DNA from: the human T2T-CHM13v2.0 reference genome, Homo sapiens
Reading direction: 5' to 3' (one strand)
NCBI RefSeq assembly: GCF_009914755.1
Contig: NC_060930.1
Length of the DNA: 64,000 bases
The first letter of the stretch is position 1, and the number at the start of each line of letters is the position of its first letter. Below are positions 49,194 to 64,000 of this stretch, in pieces. The notes beneath the pieces were generated by a model that saw only the letters and a program-made list of their open reading frames with translations, was not told where the DNA came from and did no database searches. The position numbers were made by a program, and so were the translations under genes.

Positions 49194-49452
49194 GTAGGAA
49201 TGGAAAGGAGGAAATGGGAGGGGAGAGGAAGTCAATCTGGGACCCTCATCCCGGCTTCAACCAAAAGCTTCACTCTCATCTGCCTGATGGATGGAGCTAC
49301 AATGTTTTTGAACAAGAGATTCCATTTGAACAAAGAGCTCTGGGTTCTGTAACTTTAAGAGTTTGGGTGTTTTTTTTTTCTTTTCATTTGTTTGTTTGTT
49401 TTTTGCCACATCAGATTTTATAGAGAATTTAAGAGTTTTAAAACTACAATTA

Positions 49453-49795
<343 letters not shown>

Positions 49796-50218
49796 TCAGA
49801 AGGCCTTGAACTCTAATGTAAAGCATTCAGATTTTCACCTCAGGCCAGTGGGGACTCGCCAAAAGCTTTTGTGGAAGGAACAGAATGGTGAAAGCAATGC
49901 TGAACAGAGCCTAACTTGGTTACAGTGTTCAGGATGGAGACCAGAGTTGGAAGATAAAACAGAGGCACCAACTGCCAGGTGTTTTCTACAATAAGGGCCT
50001 CAATCAGGTTTTTTTAAGGAAAAGATGCATTCCATGAAGTCAAATATCCAAGAAGAGGTATACATTGCACACAATACTTTATTTGATCCTTTTCTACATT
50101 CCCCAGGGGTGTATTCCTGTCACCATTGGAGATGAGGAAATAAGGCCCTGAGGCTCAAGTCATTTGTCCAAGATTACATAGTGAGCAAATGACTAAACTG
50201 TAATTCAATGCCAAGTCT

Positions 50219-50512
50219 GTTTTTTGTTTTTTATTTGAGACAGAGTCTCGCTCTGTCACCAGGCTGGAGTGCAGTGGCGTACAGTCTTGGCCCACTGCAA
50301 CCTCTGTCTCCTGGGTTCAAGCGATTCTCCTGCCTCAGCCTCCTGAGTAGCTGGGACTACAGGCATGTGACACCACACTAATTTTTTGTATTTTTAATAG
50401 AGACTGGGTTTCACCACGTTGGCCAGGATGGTCTTGATCTCTTGACCTCGTGATCTGCCCTCCTCGGCCTCCCAAAGTGCTGGGATTACAGGCGTGAGCC
50501 ACAGCCCCCGGC
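50219..50512 (-). mobile_element. AluSc-like, next to an antisense MIR (~50090-50215)
   Basis: Antisense dimer. Confidence 0.9.
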
Positions 50513-50739
50513 TGTCTGTTAAACTGTTTACTGTATTGTATGACCTCCAGCCATCCAAATCCCTTACCTGGGCATTCAAGACCTTAAAAAATCAGACTTC
50601 TAAAATGTGTGCATTTTATCATATGCGGATAGTACCTAATTTAAAAGTTAAGCTGATCCTCAAAACACTTGTTATTTTCTGATTTTTTTATAGTTGCCAT
50701 CCTAGTGGGTGTGAGATAATATCTTATTAGGAAACCTCA

Positions 50740-51087
50740 TTTGTTTTTAACTTTTTTGTTAATTAATGTATTTAAGACTATAAATTTGCCTTTAAGTACT
50801 GCTTTAGATGTGTACAAATTCAATCATGTAGTATTTTATTCAGTTCTATTTTTTTTAGTCCAAATGTTATTTAATAGTGTGCTATTTAGTTTCTGAATAA
50901 GCAGGACTTTATTTTAGCCATCTTTTAAAAAATATTAATTCTGTGATGGCATTGTAGTTGGAAAACATTGTCAGAATGGGATTGATTCCTTGGAACTTAC
51001 TGAAACTTCCTTTATGGCCTAATATGTGATCTATTATTGCAAATGTTTTAGGTATAATCAAAAGAATGTTTTCTGTTTGTGTTGTGT

Positions 51088-51123
<36 letters not shown>

Positions 51124-51480
51124 TTGAGACAGAATCTTGCTCTGTCACCCAGGCATGATCTTGACTTACTGCAACCTCCACCTCCAGGGTTCAAGCAATT
51201 CTCATGCCTCAGCCTCCCAAGTACCTGGGACTACAGGTCCGTGCCACCATGCCTAATTTTTGTATTTTTAGTAAAGATGGGTTTTCACCATGTTGTCCAG
51301 GCTGATCTCAAACTCCTGGTCTCAAGTGATCTGCCCACCTTGTCCTCCCAAAGTACTGGGATTACAGTTATGAGCCACCACACCCGGCCATATATTTTTA
51401 ATTGTATTTTTGCCCATTCATATCAATGAATAAACATTTCCAAATGCAACAGTTAATTTTTGAATTTTTTCTATGTATCT
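50740..51480 (-). mobile_element. Old L1M endonuclease-region fragment with Alu 51123-51389 and (CA)n(TA)n tail
   Basis: Minus-strand IDHILGHKGSFSKFQ remnant. Confidence 0.75.
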
Positions 51481-51659
51481 GATATAGTTCAAGATTGTAT
51501 TGGTAGGTGTTATATGTTTATGATGATTATTTTGATTTTATACTGTTCCTTAAACATTTTTAAACAGTGAAATATAACTTACATGAATAAAGTTTATAAA
51601 TCTTATATGCATATTTAAAGCAATACTTACAGACATCCATATAACCACCACTAAGGTCA

Positions 51660-51965
<306 letters not shown>

Positions 51966-52033
51966 ATTGTTAACTTTTTTTTAGTTAACAGTTTTAAAAA
52001 TAAACTCACCTTTCTAACCTTTTCTGGCACTAA

Positions 52034-52428
<395 letters not shown>

Positions 52429-52868
52429 CCCAGTCATTTTTATGGCTTCTCTTACACCTAGTGATGACTGTCATGTGAGGGTCCCTTCCCCCACCTCCCC
52501 TGCCAAAAACCTCCCCAGGCTTCAAACTGCAGCTAAGTGGTACCTCTGTAGAGTGTCCTTCACTCTCTCCTCAAGAGGGAACCTCTGTCTCTCTATTCTC
52601 TATATCTTTACACCTTTTTAAAAAATTACCCTTAAGCCAGCTTTCATATTCTTCTCATATTGTGGTTATTTTGTCACCTATTACATATAAACTCCTTGAA
52701 GACAGGACAAAGGTCTTAACCTCTGATTTTCCTTAGCTTGATTCGGTGTGAGGCATATGGTAAGTGCTCAACCAATATTTTAAAGAAATGAATAGAATCT
52801 CTTCTTTAATTCAGCTATGTTTCATTATTCAAGATAGCTAGCATTTTTTCCCCTTAAAACATCTCTTT

Positions 52869-53171
<303 letters not shown>

Positions 53172-53216
53172 ATCTCTTTATGTTCATTTCTTTTCCATTT
53201 TGATTGCTGCTCTGCA

Positions 53217-53338
53217 GAAAGAGAAAGAGGAAGGATCGAAAGAAGAATAAAAGGAAAGAAAGGAGGAAGGGAGGGAGAAAGGGAGGGAGGGAAGGAGGGA
53301 GGGAGGGAAGGAAGGAAGGAAGGAAGGAAGGAAGGAAA
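53217..53338. repeat. Polypurine GGGA/GGAA tract ending in (GGAA)8
   Basis: (GGAA)8 at 53306-53337. Confidence 0.95.
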
Positions 53339-53776
53339 CTACATTTAGATCCCCTTTCCAGACCAATTACATGAGAATTTCTGGAGAATGAGTCCAGCAT
53401 CCTTAATTTTCTCATGTGCCACCAGGATTGAGAACCACTGCTTTTTTGGTCCCTTTTAATTTCACCAGTTTTATCTCTAAACCTCTAAAACAGGGAGGGA
53501 GGGAGGGAGGAACCCAGTGGCTTTTAGGGCCTCGTTTCACAGGCCCATCCAATCTATTCAGCTACTTCTTCCAACAGGTGCCTCTGCTCCAAGGCTCATC
53601 CAGGTCCCACAGGCACGCTGTGCTCCCGTCTTTATTCTTTGCTCCTTGTACCTGGATGTTTCCCTTCTCCCCTCCCCTACTCACATTCTAACCATCCTTC
53701 CAAGCTATTCCCTCCTCCTCAAAGCTTCCCAGACCACTACTATCATCCCTTTCTAAATCCCTGTGGTTGAAATAAG

Positions 53777-53995
53777 CATGCTGACCATAGCTAATAACAC
53801 TGTATTGAATGCTGGAAATTGGCAAAGAGTGTAGATTTCAGGTGTTCTCACCACACACACACACACACACACACACACAAAGGTAACTGTCAGGAGATGG
53901 ATATGTTAATTTGCTTGACTGTAGTATTCATTTCACTATGGATATGTACTGCAAAATGCCATGCTGCACACTTCAAATATATACTGTAAAAGAAA
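53777..53995 (+). mobile_element. L1MA-type 3'UTR end with internal (CA)n
   Basis: GTAGATTTCAGGTGTTCTCACCAC...GATGGATATGTTAATTTGCTTGA. Confidence 0.8.
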
Positions 53996-54641
53996 TAAGA
54001 CCTTCGAGTCGGCACAAAATCCAACACAATGGACTTATCCCCACCACCAGTCCATGCACTTGTCTCTCTAAGATCACAAATACCCTGAGAACAGGGACCA
54101 TGGCTAAGATTCTGTGGCCATGACCCTGGCCTCTAACGCTGTGGAGACATGGTTTGCTAATGGAATGCTTTTTCCAGAGGAGGCCCTTTAACCTAACCCT
54201 CTCCTGCCACAGAGTAAAGGAAGAAACAAGAAGTTTCAGTGACTTACGGGAAGTCGTACACCTTGACCCGAATCTAGCAACCTCAAGGCTCTTCTCTGGT
54301 TGTTTATTCACAGCCATCTGTTTTCCTCATTCTCTCCTCTGATTCCCCCTCAGGAGCGACAGAAGGCCCTTTACCCTCACCTTTCTCTCTTAGTCTTATG
54401 AACTGTGTCTTTCTCAGTGATAGGTCACTCAGCTGCTGTATTTGGTGGCAGAGCCCAGAGAACAGCACAGAACCACAGCCCTCAGGGCAATTCAGATGCT
54501 GGGGTTTTTTTCTGAAAGTCCTTCCCTGAAGAGTTATTCCTTGTGAGGGAGGGGGGAGGAGGACATTTCTGGACTTATTGCTGACATACACACCAAAGGC
54601 TGAGTTTGTCTTCTGGGTTAAACAGAGGCACTATGGCTCTA

Positions 54642-55035
<394 letters not shown>

Positions 55036-55840
55036 TTAAGTAGAAGCAGAAGCTTCCACCAATTTGAGGGAAAAGCAACCTTTATAAACCAATGTCAAGC
55101 CAGGACAGGCAGAAAAGAGCACCTCTTGAGTAGACAGGCTGACAGGGGCCCTGGAATTCAGGCTAGGAGCACATGTTCATGAGAGAATTAGAATACTGCA
55201 CTCCAGCAATAATCCCAAATCCTTGGCAGATGTTAAAGTGATTTCCATCCCCATGAGGTGCAGAGATACTAGGAATCCCCCCTGGATTTCTTCCTGGGCA
55301 AGGCTGTTGCCAAGGTCCCCAACTGAAGGTAGAAAGGGTGACAGTGGCCAGCGGAGTGAGAAAGACAGCAGGGGCTGGGCCCACACAGGTGGCCGCCGTT
55401 CCCACCGGCAGCAGTTAAGGCTTTGATTAGCAGCCCACAGCAGCCATGGCTGGGGAGGGCCACCTCCCACCCGGGCACAAGCCGAAGGACACTTGTGACA
55501 GGACAGCTGCGGATGGTGGGTACTCTCATGCCCTGTGTCTTTCCACACTGGGATATTCACTATCACGTATACCCCCATTCACACCTGGAACCACTCTGCT
55601 AGTCCCCAAGAGGAGATTCGGACTGTTAGAACGAGATAATTTCAGAGCTTTAAATGGCTCCCATTTATGAGAAACTGGATGAGAGAGCAAAGCAAAGCAT
55701 TCACGACTCACGTGCTACAGATGTTCAAGCCAGGAGAACTAGCAGGAAGGGGTTCTTTCCAGCCTTCACTCTGCCATTTACCAAGTATGTACCAAGTATG
55801 TGAGCCTGGGCACTGTGGATGTGGCTCACCATTCCTGCAT

Positions 55841-56033
55841 CTGGGGTGGGCAGATCACTTGAGGCCAGGCGTTTGAGACCAGGCTTGCCAACACGGCAAG
55901 ACCCCGTCTCTACAAAACATACAAAAATTAGCGAGGTGTGGTGGTATGCACCTGTAGATCCAGGAACTTGGGAGGCTGAGGTGGGAGGATCGCTTGAGCC
56001 CAGAAGGTCGAGGCTGCAGTGAGCCGTGACCAC
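55841..56033 (+). repeat. Local 193-bp copy of the interior of the Alu at 54761-54953
   Basis: Ungapped, 12 mismatches, offset 1080 bp; no tail or TSD. Confidence 0.9.
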
Positions 56034-56476
56034 ATGAGGGGGTCGAGCAAAATGACTCTTTGAAAATGGCCCTGACAATTCTCTAGTTACAAACCCTCAT
56101 TTCACAATCATTAAGTGAGGGCTCCAATCACACAGCCAGTTGGGTCAGAGCAGAGCTGGAATCTGCCTCCCTGGATCTCGTGCTTCTCTGCTCTACCCGG
56201 CATCTCCTTCCTCCCACCTGTGATTCCCAGTCATGCTGTCAATAGGAGTGGCGGGAGGAGGATCCTGGAGCCATAAGCTAGAAAGGTCCCCAAGACGCAG
56301 GCCGCAGGCTACGTGGGAAATTTCCAGATGCTAAGAGAAGGCCGCTCTGCTCTTTGTCAGGGCTCCCCGTGAAACTGACGAAAAGTCAAATTCCATGGAG
56401 GTGACTAAAGACAACTCGACTCTATCTGTATTATTTGAATTTCATACAATCAAGCAGGTATTTCGGTATGACTTAA

Positions 56477-56851
<375 letters not shown>

Positions 56852-56904
56852 TAATAGGTAAATCACAGATATCCCACTGGAGGAACATTCTCACATAACT
56901 CCTT

Positions 56905-57435
56905 GTGGATAATAATCACAGCTAACATTGAGAGGATGCCGTGTGCCAGGAGTTTTGTAGATGTGATATCATCTCATGCTTACGGGACGTGTGGCTGTTA
57001 CCAGCACCTTACAGATGCGAACACAGAGGGTTGGAGAGTTAGGTCATTTATTCATCCACACAGGGGAGGTTTGGGGCCAGGATCAAACCCACGTGTGTTG
57101 GATAGACTGACTCCACAGTCCATGTCCCCGATCCCTGCACCACACTGCCTCTCGGTGGGTATTTACACCTGACACTAATATGTCTCTCTAACGCCATTAC
57201 TGAAGTCAAGTTCTGACAGAGTAAGGAAGATAAGAGACAACATCAGAGCACCTGGGCTCAAGGCCCAGCTCCACCACTTATTACTTAGGAGAAGTTAACC
57301 TTTATGAACTGCAGTGTCTCATCCAAACAAGAATGATTCTAGATGATTGCTCACAGAACTGTTGTGAAGACTAAGTCTGAGAACCCATGAACAATGCTCA
57401 GTGCAATGCCTGGTATATAATAAGCTCTCAACAGA
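56905..57435. mobile_element. Two MIRs (antisense ~56905-57150, sense ~57245-57435)
   Basis: TTACAGATGCGAACACAGAGG; CCCAGCTCCACCACTTA...ATGCCTGGTATATAATAAGC. Confidence 0.65.
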
Positions 57436-58673
57436 AACACATAATCATGGTTCAGGACACCAAAGAGCACCTGGGCCCCCATCACAGCACTGCTGCTGGC
57501 CAGCCCTGGATTGAAGCACCATGCTCCCAGGCTGCCAGCTTCTGCAGATTTCAGCTACCCTGAACATTCCCTGCCTTAAAGTCAGCTTCCAGAAGAGCAC
57601 ATTTGATCCCAAGTTAAATTGTGAAGTAGACGACCAGCTGCCATTCATATGGAGCCCAGTGTGGATGCGTAGGTAAGTTAGAGGATGAAGCGCTGCCTTC
57701 AGGGTCACACCAACAAACTTGAGGACTGACTACTACAGAATCCGTGAGTGTTCTGGCTGGTTTAGAGGCCTCGGTTATCCCAGTTGTCTGTATTGACAAG
57801 CAGCAATCTTGATGCGCCACCTGAGTGAGGGTTCCACTCAGCTGTAAATGACATGTTATAATAGTTTTAAATTTATATGTGACTTTTTCACTTTTGTGTC
57901 TTAAAAGCCAAAGGAAATGACCTCAGTTGTTTTTTATTTTTCCAAAACAAAGTCCAAAAGGTATAGACTTTCCAGCACCATCTCCAATGGCATGTCTCCA
58001 TAAACCCTCTGCATAGGCACGCCCAACCACTCGCCACTCTGAAAATGCATCGTGCTTTCTCGTGCCTCTGTGCCTTGGGCTCTCACCCTCCCTACCTGAG
58101 AATGACTCACTTCCTTGTCTCCATTAAAGCATTTGGTTACTTCTTCCTGCTTTCAGACCTTTTGTATAAGACGTCAGTTATGTCTTCCTACCAGACTGTA
58201 GACCACATGAGGACAAGACGCGCCTCCTTGTCATCTGTGTCCACCAGTCTACTAGAAAAGCTGAAAAAAGGAAAGGGGATGGTCCTTAAGCTGTAATGCA
58301 GACACATTTTCATGACTGCAAATGATAGCCTTCCAACCTCATGATAAGTATCAGGCCACTTGGCTTACTTACTCTTCCATGTATTGTAATACGTCATTAT
58401 AAATTGCAGGTAACCAACATATTGACATATATTGTGGTGAAGAAGAGCAAGTTTGACTACTTTAAACATTGCTTTTTATTCCTTATCATTTTAAATGTGT
58501 TGCTACTTTTGATGCACTGCTTACTGACATTTATTGCTTCCTCTGCACAAGCACAAAATGCTGGCTCACTCTCAGATTCAATGTAGAACTGGTGAAAGTC
58601 ATTAAATGCCATGAGCCTTGGGTTTTTTCCCATGTACTGTAGTAAATTCCTCTTGTTGGGATTGTAATTGCAG

Positions 58674-58814
58674 GTGGTCATCAGAGAACACAGAGCCCCC
58701 GGAAGAATTTTATGACATTTCAGGCAAGCCACAGGTCAGCCTGGGGAAAAAGCAGGAAGAAAAACTGGCAATACGAGGGCCCAACCCAAAAGTTATTCCT
58801 GAAGAGAAACAACG
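58674..58814 (+). CDS. Putative 141-nt internal exon (phase 2/2) of the 64-aa spliced ORF
   Basis: Acceptor TTGCAG|G, donor ACG|GTAAGA; open frame WSSENTEPPEEFYDISGKPQVSLGKKQEEKLAIRGPNPKVIPEEKQR. Confidence 0.35.
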
Positions 58815-58899
58815 GTAAGAACTTGCAGGAATCAAATTAGTTCTGATGCAGTAGGCAGAATTCTTAGAGAGGCCCCTTTTATTTAAAAATGATTTTACT

Positions 58900-59194
58900 G
58901 GCCGGGCACGGTGGCTCACGCCTATAATCCCAGCACTTTGGGAGGCCGAGGCGGGCGGATCATGAGGTCAGGAGATCGAGACCATCCTGGTTAACACGGT
59001 GAAACCCCGTCTCTACTAAAAATACAAAAAAATTAGCCTGGCGTGGTGTGGGTGCCTGTAGTCCCAGCTACTCGGGAGGCTGAGGCAGGAGAATGGCGTG
59101 AACCCGGGAGGCGGAGCTTGCAGTGAGCCCGAGATCGCGCCACTGTACTCCAGCCTGGGTGACAGCAAGACTCCATCTCAAAAAAAAAAAAAAA
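58900..59194 (+). mobile_element. AluY
   Basis: Diagnostic GATCGAGACCATCCTGG and GAATGGCGTGAACCCGGGAGGCGGAGCTTGC; CpG-rich. Confidence 0.95.
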
Positions 59195-60360
59195 GACTTT
59201 ACCAATATGTAGTCAGAAATTGTTCAACATAAGCTTTCTGGTATTCCAGTCATAATACTCTAGCTGTTCGGACAACGCCTTCTCTCTCGCAAGCTCTCCT
59301 CTTTTTTCATTCTCTTTAAATCTCCTATCTGGCTTCCCTAAATAAATTTTTTGTAGCCAGAACTTCCATTTCATTGCAGTGGTTAGTTTTGTGTCTCCCA
59401 TTGCTCTTTAGTAACTTTTAATGACCTGAGACATCGTTGGCTTCCTTTCCTTTTCCACTTCCTCCAAGTCAATTGATAGCACACCCTACACTCTGTGTTT
59501 ACAAGCGTCAGAGAAGGCAGCAATAATTTTTTTTTTTTTTTTTTTTGCCTCATCTTCACTAAGGGATGCCTGAATTCTTGACAGGGCCAGATAGAATGCA
59601 AAAGTGGTTTTCTACATTGCTAAGAAATAACAGGCAAGTCTAGATACCACGAGAGCTAGCAACCTGAAGAAGTCATCTGTTCATTCTTTCATTTATTTAC
59701 CGTATACGGTGTTGGGTGCACAAAAAGCATGGAGCAAGGTGCTTCAGGGTGTTTAGCAATGAGCAACACAAAGACACTGACAAGGAGCTTTCATTCTGCA
59801 AGCCGAAAAAGACAGGAGCTCAAATTGATACCATACAAGTAGCATGAAATAGGCACCCCAGAGAGGGACACAGCTATGGAAAAATCAAATGAGGGAAAGA
59901 TTACATCTCATTGGGAAAGACTTGGTGGAGGTTCAGGTCAGTTCTGGGAATGATGAGTCTGAAGTCATTGGGGCATTCAAGGGAAGCATGAGCAGGCAGT
60001 GGGAACCTGGGACCACAATCAGGAAGAAAAGGGTGGGTAGGATATAAGGGGTCCAAAGTCACTTGGAAGAGGTTGTCGTGGCTGGAGCAGTGAGGGGCTC
60101 ACACCTGAGACTCCAGTACTTTAAAGAGGCTGAGGCAGGAGGATCACTTCAGCCAAGGAGTTTGAGAAAGAGGTTATCCTCAATTCCCTAATTCCTGTTC
60201 CGCCTACTGGGATGCTTCCACTCCTACAGCTTCCAGAGCCTGGTGCAGCTGGGGCTTTTAACTTACCAACAGATGTTCTGCTGCAGCTGGCTCATCCAGG
60301 ATCCACCATAAGGGACTTCCGCTTAGGCAAAATTGCATTTCAGTTTTTAAAACAAAAGAG

Positions 60361-62144
<1,784 letters not shown>

Positions 62145-63789
62145 TGTTTATTTCCACTTTTAAATTGCTTTTAGATAATACTGTGATAATAAACATCTTC
62201 ATATGTATACTCTTGTGCATGTATCTGGGTGTCTCTCCTTACTATCCATTTATAGAAGTAGGATTACTAGGTCGAAAGATGTGGTTAACGGTATTAATAC
62301 ACATTGTCCTTAAATTTAACATCACGTCATCTAAACTGTGGCCTCACCTTCCCTCCCCTCTAAGTACTTCCCACTCATCATGTGGTACCTCTTTCCCAGC
62401 TCTACACCTATCTTGACCCCCATTCCTGCAAGGCCTAAGCTGCCTACTAGCTGCCTATTAGCTAATCAACAGAATATTCACTTTTTAGAGCTTTTAAAAT
62501 TATTACTCATTTTCATGAAGATTAAAATGACTTCCAGAGCCAAGGAATGAAGCTATAATGAAGACAACAAAGACAGGAGAACGATGATGGGGGTTGATCC
62601 TTGGCTGATAGACTTCAAAGTCAACCATTAGCACCCAGGATGAGTCATTTTGAATTAGAATCAGATACTCTGCCCACCTATAATGAGAGATCTTCTTGAT
62701 CTTTAATGAGTACCATCTCTTCATTGAAACAGTCACCAGAATTTGCATTTCCAAGATCTCTTGCCACTTTCCCCAAAATACCTTCTATGGCCATTACACA
62801 GAAAAAAACTTATCTGTGCCTGCAAAGAAAACTCAGCTTTGGACCAAATTATCCCCACTGTGTACAACAAAATCACATTCCTCTGGCCTCTGTATTTCTC
62901 TCCGTAGTCCATTTCAACGCTTATAGCAAATCAACATTGTGACCCAATAATTATTAAGTCCATTAATCTTTACTGCATTATTAATCGCAAATCTCACCAA
63001 CTAACCTTGCAAAGTGCATATGTGGGTAAGCCATGGAAGCTAGAAAGAGTTTCCTGGGAAAATCTGGGATCTTATTTCATGTCCTCACATTTCTCTGAAG
63101 GAAAAAAACTTGTAAACATTGAGTCAAAACCTTACAAATTTTGGAGGGAGGAGGAGTGCAAAAAATTCTTACAAATTTCACAAGGTTACAAAGCAAAAGG
63201 GGAATGTGGTCTTGAAAAATTCTTAAAACTTAACCAGAATGAATGACGACTGATCTTTCTTTCCAATAGTTTGATGTTTGGATTAGTGCATTTCCGTTGT
63301 GAAATCCGATTTTCTATTATCCAGTTACACCTAGTAGGCATGAAATAAATGTTTGTTGAAATGAATTAAATGTAATATGCTCAGGTCAATGTCTTTCACA
63401 TTCTTTATAAGGTCTTATATTTGGAAAATAATATTAACAACCATTTCCATGAATAACATTTACTTCATCCATAGAAAATGTAAAGATACTACCAAAGGGA
63501 GCCATCCTAAGATGCCTGAAATGAGTTATTAAATTCTAACTTAACCACAACCAATATTACTAATTTGTTTTAAATAACTTGTCCAACTCCTAGAAGGAAA
63601 CAAGGATTTGGGGAGCAGAAGTAGATCAAGAAAATTAGTATTAAATGGCAGGAGTAAAGGGATAACATTTGAAATTCTGGCTTCCTGGAGTGATCAGTCA
63701 AAAGCTCTCCTGCTGGAAAATAATATCTTGAATTGAAAAGCATTCGGATCATGGTCGATTTTTAACCCAATTAAATTTCCTTCTCCTAG

Positions 63790-63915
63790 GTAGCCTATTT
63801 ACTAAAGCAGTATGATAGCTGTTAATATTATCATTTAATAAACATATTGCTAGTAAAAATGAACTCTATTCCAACTATTACCACAGCATAAATAAAGATT
63901 TTTTCTCAAAATGTT
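63790..63915 (+). other. Putative terminal exon with poly(A) signals
   Basis: Branch-like TTTAAC 63761-63766, TTTCCTTCTCCTAG|G acceptor, in-frame TAG 63791-63793, AATAAA at 63837 and 63891, downstream GT/T-rich tract. Confidence 0.3.
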
Positions 63916-64000
63916 AGCTTGGTTTGGGATTGCTGCTTTTTCTTTCCAATTGATTTGCCTCTGCCCAGCTGATCTGCCTCTGAGGAGCTAAAAAATACCA

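Overview
Primate (human-like) nuclear DNA, roughly half transposable-element relics: about 35 Alu copies or fragments, young L1PA 3' ends, old L1M and L2 fragments, MIRs, MaLR/ERVL solo LTRs (THE1/MST/MLT1/LTR16/LTR33-like) and MER1B/MER2/MER5/MER20 DNA transposons. The only confidently recognisable gene-derived sequence is a full-length, disabled processed pseudogene of PSMC1 (26S proteasome ATPase Rpt2) at ~45381-46937. I recognise no intact known protein-coding gene, and almost all ORFs in the track are Alu, L1, L2 or LTR artefacts. The best lead is a plus-strand three-exon model read from splice signals (49144-49193, 58674-58814, 63790-~63915). Its phases join into a 64-aa ORF with a strong Kozak ATG, a stop in the last exon and two AATAAA signals, downstream of STAT (GAS) and C/EBP-ATF motifs. 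It is a candidate micropeptide or lncRNA gene with no expression evidence. Other observations: a ~85-bp TSD-flanked mini-retrocopy, a 193-bp locally templated Alu duplication, a closely spaced inverted Alu pair, and a long open frame in an L2 RT relic. Repeat subfamily calls come from recalled consensus sequences, and boundaries of old repeats are approximate.
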